Below, in pieces: positions 55,903 through 64,000 of a stretch of DNA of 64,000 nt. Both the position numbers and the translations under genes were made by a program. The DNA is from Candidatus Sulfomarinibacteraceae bacterium (GTDB taxonomy: Bacteria; Acidobacteriota; Thermoanaerobaculia; Thermoanaerobaculales; Sulfomarinibacteraceae). The DNA lies in NCBI GenBank assembly GCA_963715955.1, contig CAVQSQ010000012.1, positions 211,050 through 275,049 of the forward strand. Direction: 5' to 3'. The notes beneath the pieces are model-generated. The model saw only the letters and a list, made by a program, of their open reading frames with translations. It was not told where the DNA came from and did no database searches. Position 1 is the stretch's first letter. Every line of letters starts with the position of its first letter.

Positions 55903-57108
55903 CTAGTTTGCGATCGTCTGCTCGACCAACTGCTGAGCCCGATCGCGATTTGTGGTGAAGACCCCGAGGTTGTTATCACCGATCTTGGTCGCGTTCTCCA
56001 CCGCCTTTGAGTAACTGGCCAGAGCCTCGTCGAGACGCCCGGCGTTTTCGAGGGCCTCGCCGAGGCTGTCGTAGACGTTGGCCGAGTCGGGATAAAGGCC
56101 GACGTTGTAGGTGAAGACCTCGATCGCGTTGGCGAAATCCTCACGGAACAGGTACTGATAGCCCAACTGGTTGATGGCGTTTTCACCCGGGATGACCTTG
56201 AAGCCGTATCGTTTCGACAAGTGAGCGTAGTGTTGCTCGAGGTCATCGATGCTGCCGCTGAAGACCCGGGTCTCGGGGTCGGTCGGCAGACGCCAGCCGT
56301 CGAAGACATCCCGCAGACCCCAGTACTGGGCACGCAGCACCACCGACCCGTGGTTCTCGTCGGGCATCCTCATCACGTGCCACCGGAAGTCCTTTGCTTT
56401 CGACGCGGCCAGCGCCGCTTCCAGCCGGTCGAGGAGGTTCGGCCGCGGATCTCCTTCTTCCTCATCGGCCATGGCGACAAAGAGAGCCGCGTTGGCGACC
56501 GCTTCCTTCTTGGAAAACGACGTCGCCTGACGAATCGACAGGGCGTCGTCCCAGTTCAGGCTCGGGCTGATGGCCAGGACCGCCCTGAACATCTCGGGGC
56601 GTTCGAAAAAGGCGTTGAGGGCGAAAAGCCCGCCAAAGGAGTGCCCCGAAAAGAGACGCATCGGCAGGGTGCGGTAGTGATCCTCGATGTGGGGGAAGAG
56701 CTCATCCTCGAAGAAGTCGAGGAATCTCCCTGCGCCTCCGCTGGCTGGAATCTGCGTCGTCCGACCGTTGATTTCTCGGCTCTCCACCCTGGTCGGCGTG
56801 AGGTCCCGGGTGCGATCGGTGTTGGCGACGCCGACGATGATGAGTTGGGGCATCAGCCCGTTGGCGGCCAGGAAATCGACCGTACCGCGGGTGTGGGTGA
56901 TGTGCTGATCGCCGTCCGTCATGTAGAGAACGGGATACCGTTCACTTCCCATACCGTACCCGGGTGGCGTGGAGACCAAGATCGTGCGTTCCTCGCCCAT
57001 GATCTTGGACTTCAGGGTGATCGTCTCCCCGATCGTGATGGGTTCGCTTGCACCTGACATTGCAGCCACAGTCCACAGCACCAGAATCGTCAACACACTT
57101 CTTTTCAT
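55903..57108 (-). CDS. exported alpha/beta hydrolase (putative-esterase family) with C-terminal TPR-like domain
   Basis: GGAGG lies upstream of the ATG at 57108. Signal peptide. YPVLYMTDGD and GHSFGGLFAL (GxSxG). C-terminal helical repeats. Confidence 0.8.
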   Translation of the reverse strand: MKRSVLTILVLWTVAAMSGASEPITIGETITLKSKIMGEERTILVSTPPGYGMGSERYPVLYMTDGDQHITHTRGTVDFLAANGLMPQLIIVGVANTDRTRDLTPTRVESREINGRTTQIPASGGAGRFLDFFEDELFPHIEDHYRTLPMRLFSGHSFGGLFALNAFFERPEMFRAVLAISPSLNWDDALSIRQATSFSKKEAVANAALFVAMADEEEGDPRPNLLDRLEAALAASKAKDFRWHVMRMPDENHGSVVLRAQYWGLRDVFDGWRLPTDPETRVFSGSIDDLEQHYAHLSKRYGFKVIPGENAINQLGYQYLFREDFANAIEVFTYNVGLYPDSANVYDSLGEALENAGRLDEALASYSKAVENATKIGDNNLGVFTTNRDRAQQLVEQTIAN

Positions 57109-57246
57109 GGGACCTCCGAGACTTCCGCTCCGCGCAATGTGTCCTGCGCACACCGGTGATACGCATCCTGACGCAACATGTTTGACCTGTTGAGGCTGCG
57201 ATCTCAGGACTGTAACTGATGGGCGAAGAGTCTCACGGACCGCAAA

Positions 57247-59346
57247 TCAATCGGCTGCTGGACCTCGCCTCGCCGGACCGCGGGTCCCGATCGCGGCAAA
57301 GGCGACGACCGCATCGCCTCCGGGCGACCCATCGCCGCTCGGGAGGACGGCGATCTTCAAGGGAGCGGTCAGTTCACCATCGAGGGCGAGACCGTTGCCA
57401 TCGACGACGCTGTCGCTGACGGTCAACTCGTAGTGTCCCCCGGCGAGTGGTGTCTGCGACGTGACGGTCGCCGTCATGGTGCCGGCATCGTAGGTCACCG
57501 CGACGTCGTACTCGGCGCCGCCGATGCGCTGGAGGGTGAAGGCCGAGCTTTCCAACACCACGTCCTCGTGAAACGTCAATGTCATCGACAACGGCTCGCC
57601 GGCGGGCAGGACCGAGCCAGGTGCGGGATTCACCGCCACCACCTTTGGCGGACCATCGGTGAAGGCTGCCTCGTCAACCGACCTGGTGAGAATCCAGACG
57701 TCGGGATCGAGAGCGAGAGCATCAACCGGCGCCGAAACCGGGACGAGATAGTGCTGGGTGGTTTCGGAGTTCCACACTGTCAGCCGCCGCCGCTGCCCAT
57801 CCTCACCGATCTCGATTTCGAGGGGCATGGCAAACGCGCCTTCGGTCTGGGTCTGCTCGAGCGAGATCTCGAGATAGCGCTGGCCTGCGATCTCGTGTTC
57901 CTGATGACCATACCTGTAGGCCGGCGCACCGCCGCCGTAGACCCACTCGTCGAAGAACCACTCGAGATCGCCCCCCCAGACCTCCTCGGCGACCTGGCGA
58001 AGGTCTTCAGTTGTCGCGGCGCTGTACTCGAAGCGATCACGGTAGGCATCGAGGATCTCGAAGAACGTCTCGGTCCCCACGATGCCCCGCAGCATGTGCA
58101 CCACCCACGCACCCTTTCGATAGCTGTAGTTGCCAGAGAAAATCCTGCCGACATCGACCGGGTTTTGGATGTAGATCGCCTCGTCGACCTCGTCCGGCCG
58201 CGCCTGCGACATGTAGCCGCGAAGACCTTCCGGATTCGATGTCCCGGATTGGTACTCGAACCACAGGGCCGCCGAGTACGTGGCAAAGCCCTCGTTGAGC
58301 CAGATGTCCGACCACGTTGCACAGGTCACCATGTCGCCCCACCACTGGTGGGCCGCTTCATGGGCGGTCAGGTTCTCCGAAAAAGCGTTGTCGCCACCCT
58401 GCCCGGTGGCGGTCTGGTGCTCCATGCCGCCGCCGAACGGGAAGTTGTAGATGGCGTACTTCTCCTCGACAAACGGATACAGACCGAACAGATCGCTGAA
58501 GGTGCCCAGCATGTCCACCGATCTTCGCCAGGCGTTTCGGTTCTCGGTTGTGTCCCGTTCCGGCCAGAGGAAGAAATCGACCGGCATCGAACCGCCGCTG
58601 TAGTTGAAATTCTCACTGAAAGTGTTGAAGCGCGTCGCCGCAAAGGCGAAGAGATAGGGGCTTGTCGGGTAGTCGGTCGCCCAGCGGAAACGCCGCCGTT
58701 CACCTGAAAGCGGGGTATTGCTCACGCGAACACCATTCGCGACCACGGTCAGGTTCGACGGCACGGTGATCAGCAGTTCGCCGGTCGCCTTGTCGCGGCT
58801 GTCCTCCTTGACCGCCCACCAGGTGTAGGAAAACCACGGTTCGGACAAGGTCGAGACGACCGGCCAGTCACCCTGGGTCCCGAACACGATCGAGGAGAGA
58901 CCGGTGGTCACCGGGTACCCCTCGTAATCGACGACGAGATCAAAGTCGTCACCGGTGTCACAGGTCCGGTCCAGATCGACTTCAACTGTGGCCTCATCCA
59001 AACGCGTCCAGTCGGCGGCACCGCCGTCCAGCTCCACCTCGTTGATGGTCAGGGAGGAGTGGAGCCAGAATCGGAAGGCCGTCACCCCGTCCTCCACGCA
59101 CGTCACCGTCATCGTGGTGCGGCCGTCGATGAACTGGGTCGTGGGTTCGACCTCGAGCTCGATCCGGTAGTGCTCGACGTCGGTCTGCAGCGTGAGTGGA
59201 TCGTTGAAGCTCTTGAGCTGCAGCTCCCTCGCCGCCGCCGCCCGCTCGACAGACGCGGTCTTGGCCCGCGAACACAACTCGGGCGAATCGGCCTGGGCGG
59301 AAACCTCAGCCACGTCGACCGGGGGCGTCAACCACGGCGCGACCAC
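57247..59346 (-). CDS. M1 family metallopeptidase (aminopeptidase N-like) with C-terminal Ig-like domains
   Basis: GGMEHQT, HEAAHQWWGDMVT (HExxH) and WLNEGFATY motifs. The N-terminal start is uncertain (see findings). Confidence 0.85.
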   Translation of the reverse strand: MVAPWLTPPVDVAEVSAQADSPELCSRAKTASVERAAAARELQLKSFNDPLTLQTDVEHYRIELEVEPTTQFIDGRTTMTVTCVEDGVTAFRFWLHSSLTINEVELDGGAADWTRLDEATVEVDLDRTCDTGDDFDLVVDYEGYPVTTGLSSIVFGTQGDWPVVSTLSEPWFSYTWWAVKEDSRDKATGELLITVPSNLTVVANGVRVSNTPLSGERRRFRWATDYPTSPYLFAFAATRFNTFSENFNYSGGSMPVDFFLWPERDTTENRNAWRRSVDMLGTFSDLFGLYPFVEEKYAIYNFPFGGGMEHQTATGQGGDNAFSENLTAHEAAHQWWGDMVTCATWSDIWLNEGFATYSAALWFEYQSGTSNPEGLRGYMSQARPDEVDEAIYIQNPVDVGRIFSGNYSYRKGAWVVHMLRGIVGTETFFEILDAYRDRFEYSAATTEDLRQVAEEVWGGDLEWFFDEWVYGGGAPAYRYGHQEHEIAGQRYLEISLEQTQTEGAFAMPLEIEIGEDGQRRRLTVWNSETTQHYLVPVSAPVDALALDPDVWILTRSVDEAAFTDGPPKVVAVNPAPGSVLPAGEPLSMTLTFHEDVVLESSAFTLQRIGGAEYDVAVTYDAGTMTATVTSQTPLAGGHYELTVSDSVVDGNGLALDGELTAPLKIAVLPSGDGSPGGDAVVAFAAIGTRGPARRGPAAD

Positions 59347-59460
59347 GACCAGAGCATCGTAAGGAACTTCAGCATCGAGTCTCCATCAACTGGACTTCTA
59401 CCGCTCCATGGAGTTACGCGGAAATCAGCCCGCGGTTCCGCAACCTGGATCCTCAGCCCG

Positions 59461-59712
59461 CACATGGCAGCCGGGACGGCTGCCCCACAAACCCTTTCAG
59501 AAACGGCTTGCTGGGCAGACACATGGCACGCGGGACGCGTGCCCCACAAACCGTTTCCGGGCCGTTTTGTGGGGCAGACACATGGCAGCGCGGGACGGCT
59601 GCCCCACAAACCCTTTCAGAAACGGCTTGCTGGGCAGACACATGGCACGCGGGACGCGTGCCCCACAAACCGTTTCCGGGCCGTTTTGTGGGGCGGCCGT
59701 CCCGGCTGCCAT
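59461..59712. repeat. about 119-bp tandem duplication (2.1 copies) built from GGCAGCC-GGGAC-GGCTGCC / GGCACGC-GGGAC-GCGTGCC hairpins
   Basis: Units start at 59461 and 59579. Related single hairpins lie at about 63148, 63246 and 63446. Confidence 0.9.
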
Positions 59713-59724
59713 GCGATTGATGAA

Positions 59725-62700
59725 CTAACGAGCGACGACCACCCTCGGCGCCTGGCTCTCTTCGAGCATCTGTTCGAGCTCGGGCAGCTGTTCGGTGATC
59801 ACCGCCTCGCAGCTCGGCGACGGAGCCGTCGAGCTCGGCTTCGAGCAGCGCGAAGACCTCTCGCGAACTCGTGTAGGGTGCGCCGAGGGCGCTTTCGACG
59901 ACGCTCTGCAGATTCAGGAGTTGATTGTCGATCTGGGGCTGGAAATTCAGCACGTCCTGGCTCGACTCGTTCTTGACCTGGGTGAGCTTTTCTTCGATCG
60001 CGGTCAGGGCCTTCGAAATCTCGTCGGCCTTTTCGGTGATCGCGTCATCATCCACGTGCGCTGAAACGGCCTCGATCTGGCCGCGCACGTCGCGGATCCG
60101 TTCGATGGTCTCGTGCGATCGGGTCAGGGCCTGCCAGATCTCGCGCGCAAGGGCGAACTGCTCGTCGAAGGCCGCCTGTGAGATGTCCGTCCGCGGGTCC
60201 TGGACCACGTCGAAATTCGCAGTCTCGGACCACTCGCCCACCGTCAGCCGCACCTGGTAGCTGCCGGGCGGCACCGTCGGTCCGCCGGGCCAGCCCCACA
60301 GGACCGCGTCCTCGACGAGACCGGCATCCGGCAGGGCGAGGTTCCACACCGCACGGTTGGCGCCGGCGCGGGCATCGAGCAGCGGTGGTTCGGCCAATTC
60401 GGGGAAGAAGCGCCGCCACGGGCTCGGCGCGCGTTTCTCGGGCTCCTGGCTGGAGAGGCTTCGCAGCACCTCGCCCTCCGCATCGAGGAACTCGAGCTTC
60501 ACTTCGTCGGCGTCTTCCTCATCGAGACCGGCCGGCAGCACGTAGTGGACGACCGCGCCGAAGGGCGGGTTCTGACCCACCGGGCCGCGGCCGCCGCCGC
60601 CCGATCCGTCGACCCAGCGCACGACCGTGCGCGGAGTGAAGAGGCGGGGGGTTGCGGCAGTGGCCTCGTCAGCCATCTGATGAAGAACCGTCAGATCATC
60701 GAGGATCCAGAACGACCGCCCCTGGGTGGCCACCGCGAGATCGCCGCGTTTGACGGCGAGGTCGGTGATCGGCGTGACCGGCAGGTTGAGTTGGAGAGGT
60801 CTCCACGTCGCGCCGTCATCGAAGGAGACGTACATCCCGAATTCGGTACCGGCGTACAGGAGGCCCTTGCGTTCGGGGTCCTCGCGCACCACCCGCACGA
60901 AGTGGTCGGCGGGGATGCCGTTGCGGCCGTCGGTCAAGCGCTTCCAGGTGGCGCCGAAGTCGTCGGTGCGGAAGATGTAGGGCTGGAAATCGTTCTCGCG
61001 ATATTTGTGGACCGCGATGAACGCACGTCCAGGGTCATGCGCAGACAACTCGATCGCGTTGACTGTCCCCCACTCCGGCATGCCGGCCGGAGTGATGTTC
61101 CGCCAGTTGGCACCGCCGTCATCCGAGATGTGGACGAGTCCGTCGTCGCTGCCTGCCCACAGGAGGCCGGCTCGCATCGGGGACTCCTCGAACGCGAACA
61201 CCGTGCCGAAGACCTCGACACCGGTGTTGTCGCGGGTGATCGGCTCGCCCGCGTAGCCCTGTCTGGACTCGTCATCGCGGGTGAGGTCGGGGCTGATCTC
61301 CGTCCAGTTGCGGCCTTCGTCGGTGGACTTCAGAACCACGTTGGCGCAGTGGTAGAGCACCGACGGATCGTGGGGCGAGATTCGGATCGGCGAGTTCCAC
61401 TGGAAGCGGTACTTGAGGTCCTTCGCCTGCTGCCCCACCGCCATCTGCGGCCACGCCATCACCTCCTCGGAGTGCTCGAGAGCGCGGTCGAAGCGGCTGA
61501 TCGAGCCGCCGTAGCAGCCACCGTAGGTGATATCGGGGTCGCGGGAGTCGACCGCCACCGTCGACGTTTCACACCCGGCCGGTTGGTACCAATCCTCGCG
61601 ATCGATGCCTCCGGGGGCGCGGCTCGGAATCGCCACTGCGCTGTTGTCCTGCTGCCCACTGTAGAGCCAGTAAGGCTGCTGGTCGTCCACCGTCACCCGG
61701 TACATCTCGGCAGTGGGTTGGTTGGACTGCACCGACCAGGTGCGGCCGCCGTTGAAGGTGACGTTGGCGCCGCCGTCGTTGCCCTCGATCATGTTCGTGG
61801 GATCGTCGGGGTTGATCCACAGCGCGTGGTTGTCGCCGTGCGGCGTGCGGATGGGTTTGAAGTTCTGGCCGCCGTCGATCGACTTCCAGAACATGACGTT
61901 GAGGACGTAGACCGTGTCGGCGTCTTTCGGGTCCGCCTCGAGGTGGGTGTAGTACCAGGCGCGCTGACGCAGTTCCCGTTCGCCCGAAACCAGCCGGAAC
62001 TTCTCGCCGCCGTTGTCGGAGCGGAAGAGCCCTCCCTCTTCGGCTTCGACCAGGGCCCACACCCGGTTGGGTGCAGACGGCGACACCGCGACCGCGATCC
62101 GGCCCATGACGCCCTCGGGCAGCCCTTCGGCGAGCTTCACCCAGGTGTTGCCGCCATCGTTGCTCTTGAAAAGCCCGCTGCCGGGACCGCCGGAGATCAT
62201 GTTCCACGGCGTGCGGCGGGCCTGCCACATGGCGGCGTAGAGGTTGCGCGGGTTGGCCGGGTCCATGGCGAGATCGACCGCACCCGATTCGTCCGAAACA
62301 AAGAGGACCTTGGACCAGGTGAGACCGCCGTTGGTGGAGCGGTAGACCCCGCGCTCGGCATTGGGCCCGAACACGTTGCCGAGGACCGCCGCGTAGACCA
62401 GGTCCGGGTCGTTCGGGTGGACCACGATCCGCCCGATCTGACCGGCCTCCGGCAGTCCGATGTGGCGCCACGTGTCACCGCCGTCGGTGGACTTGTACAT
62501 ACCGTCGCCGGGAGATACGTTGCCGCGGGGGCACGCGGAACCGGTGCCCACGTACACCACGTTGATGTCCGACGGTGCGACCGCGATGGCGCCGATGGAG
62601 CCGGCGCCGAACGCGTCGCCGGGACGTCGTTCCCAGCGAACGTCATCAGGCAGCCCGCCGATCGGCTCGCGCAGCAGGCCGAGCCCGGCCAGGGTGGGGT

Positions 62701-62992
62701 CCACCTCGCCCATGATCTCGGGGTCGGTCTTCGGTTCGAGCTCGCGCATGACGTCGGAGACGTTGTGCCACGACAGCCCGGCATCGGTGGTCTTCCACAC
62801 CCCGCCGCCGGTCGAGCCCATGTAGTAGGTCATCGGGTCGCCCGGCACCCCGGCCACCGCGGTGACGCGGCCGCCGCGGAAGGGGCCCACCAACCGGTAC
62901 TCGAGCGAGTTGAAGAGGTCGTCCGGTATATCAGCGGAGGCCGCTGCAGATGCAACCAGAACCACGGAACAGAAGAGCGCGCGAATTTTCAT
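59725..62992 (-). CDS. BNR/Asp-box repeat, sortilin-VPS10-like exported protein (about 1090 aa); 1-nt frame break near 59802-59806
   Basis: MKIRALFCSVVLVASAAASA signal peptide. YRLVGPFRGGRVTAVAGVPGDPMTYYMGSTGGGVWKTTDAGLSW. Many S.D.G.TW Asp-boxes. The true C-terminus ...AELR(G/A)VITEQLPELEQMLEESQAPRVVVAR-TAG lies in the adjacent frame. The 1208-aa track ORF reads through into repeats. Confidence 0.85.
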
Positions 62993-63032
62993 GAAATCCC
63001 CCCGGTCGATGTGCAGCGGAAAGAATAGCAAG

Positions 63033-63070
63033 GAAAAATTTTGAATTATGAATTTTGAATTTTGAATTCC
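63033..63070. repeat. AT-rich 7-8-bp microsatellite (TTTTGAAT-like) just upstream of the BNR-protein gene
   Basis: Sequence aaaaattttgaattatgaattttgaattttgaattcc, 40-80 nt upstream of the minus-strand ATG at 62992. Confidence 0.8.
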
Positions 63071-63139
63071 GGTCGGCATCCAAACAACGTGAGTCAGATG
63101 GGAACGCAGTGAGGGTTCCTCGGGGGTGGTGAAATCGGT

Positions 63140-63500
63140 GCGAGCTCAGGCAGCCGGGACGGCTGCCCCATCCGGCTCCGCCCGGGGCTTGCGTGACAAG
63201 CACTGACGGTGCTGTGTCGGCGTAGCGCGAAGCGCGAAGACGCATGGGGCAGGCGTCCCGCCTGCCATCTAGCGTGGGGAACGGGTCGCGTGCGGCGGAG
63301 GTGCCATTTTCAACATTGTTGGACTCAAGATCCTCCCCGTCGGCAAAACGACGCGGGCCAACAATGTTGAAGGTGGCTCCTCCCGGGAAGAACGTGCTGA
63401 TACGAACCGCGTGCCCCACAGCCGGGCCCGCCTTGATGATCGTTTGTGGGGCAGCCGTCCCGGCTGCCATCTAGCGTGGGGAACGGGTCGCGTGCGGCGG
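63140..63500. repeat. patchwork of nested repeat modules (GGCAGCC hairpins, long-hairpin element copy 3 at 63284-63388, direct repeat CATCTAGCGTGGGGAACGGGTCGCGTGCGGCGG twice)
   Basis: The 33-nt string at 63265-63297 recurs at 63468-63500. Hairpins lie at 63148-63176, 63246-63268 and 63446-63470. Confidence 0.8.
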
Positions 63501-63784
63501 GGCGCCCGGCCCTTGTGACCACCGTCACGATCCGCTGAACCGCGGCGCTGCGACAGTCCTATGGAATGTCGATGGATGGATCAGCGGTTAGTCCCGTATA
63601 CGGGGTAGAACAACGCACGCCGGTGAACGGCGCCGATGAATTCACACTCTACGCTCGGAGCCGGAGAACATGACCGCATACCCCGCACCAGCCGCACCCA
63701 TTCCCACGCCACCAGAGACCCGGCGGACGCCCGCCCCCACCCACCCTGATCGAGGCGACACCACGGGGCCGGTCCCGGCGCAAG

Positions 63785-64000
63785 GTGTCGGCGATCGTCA
63801 CCACCTACAACGAGGCCGACACGATTGCCGGCTGCCTGGATTCGCTCGCCTGGTGCGACGAGATCCTGGTCGTCGATTCCTACTCGACCGACGGCACGCG
63901 GGCCATCGCCCGTCGGAACGATCGCGTCAGGGTGCTCGAACGGCCCTACTTCGGGGCCGCCTCACAGAAGAACTGGGCGATCGACCGCTGCCGATTCGAT
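63785..64000 (+). CDS. glycosyltransferase family 2, N-terminal part (runs off the window end)
   Basis: Frame 2 reads (K)VSAIVTTYNEADTIAGCLDSLAWCDEILVVDSYSTDGTRAIA...RPYFGAASQKNWAI. It is absent from the ORF track because it has no stop in the window. The start is either the GTG at 63785 or the ATG at 63670 in frame 1 with a frame change. Confidence 0.7.
   Translation, partial: MSAIVTTYNEADTIAGCLDSLAWCDEILVVDSYSTDGTRAIARRNDRVRVLERPYFGAASQKNWAIDRCRFD

Noticed and set aside
59453-59724. C-terminal roughly 90 codons of the 1208-aa ORF as a genuine low-complexity domain
   Set aside because: The segment is the translation of the 119-bp tandem repeat. A clean, protein-like C-terminus with its own stop exists in the adjacent frame after a single-base correction.
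1-64000. Search for tRNA, rRNA, integrase/att sites, prophage or toxin-antitoxin modules
   Set aside because: No cloverleaf-like or rRNA-like segments, phage structural genes or integrases could be recognised by eye. The only mobile-element protein is the RAYT at the left edge. Small ncRNAs cannot be excluded without covariance-model searches.

Overview
This is a high-GC, gene-dense chromosomal segment with about 47 protein-coding genes and no rRNA, tRNA, CRISPR array or prophage that I could recognise. The gene content looks Acidobacteriota- or Gemmatimonadota-like, judged only from an Oar-type TonB-dependent receptor, many exported peptidases, a HAMP Ser/Thr kinase and GT39 enzymes; this cannot be verified here. 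Coding content is dominated by peptide scavenging (S46, two S9, M3 Dcp and M1 peptidases, an APC permease), envelope and transport functions (RarD, EamA, KefF-KefC-TMEM175, cytochrome bd) and small regulators (ArsR, LysR). Four things deserve follow-up. (1) A peroxiredoxin-like ORF at 33440-33719 has an in-frame TGA exactly where the peroxidatic cysteine should be. It is a candidate selenoprotein, but it is truncated. (2) Intergenic DNA is unusually full of repeats. A RAYT transposase sits next to a 162-bp REP-doublet array, and at least six further palindromic, MITE-like or minisatellite families fill almost every gap longer than 100 bp. (3) At least 13 single-nucleotide frame breaks split recognisable genes. 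Each can be repaired by changing a short homopolymer by one base, and nine lie between 39.9 and 46.8 kb. Consensus error is the leading explanation and real gene decay is the alternative. (4) A cluster of exported proteins around an S9 peptidase shares a GFESGD..W tail, and one of them carries an endostatin/DUF1554-like domain. All functional calls rest on motif recognition by eye; no database search was run.
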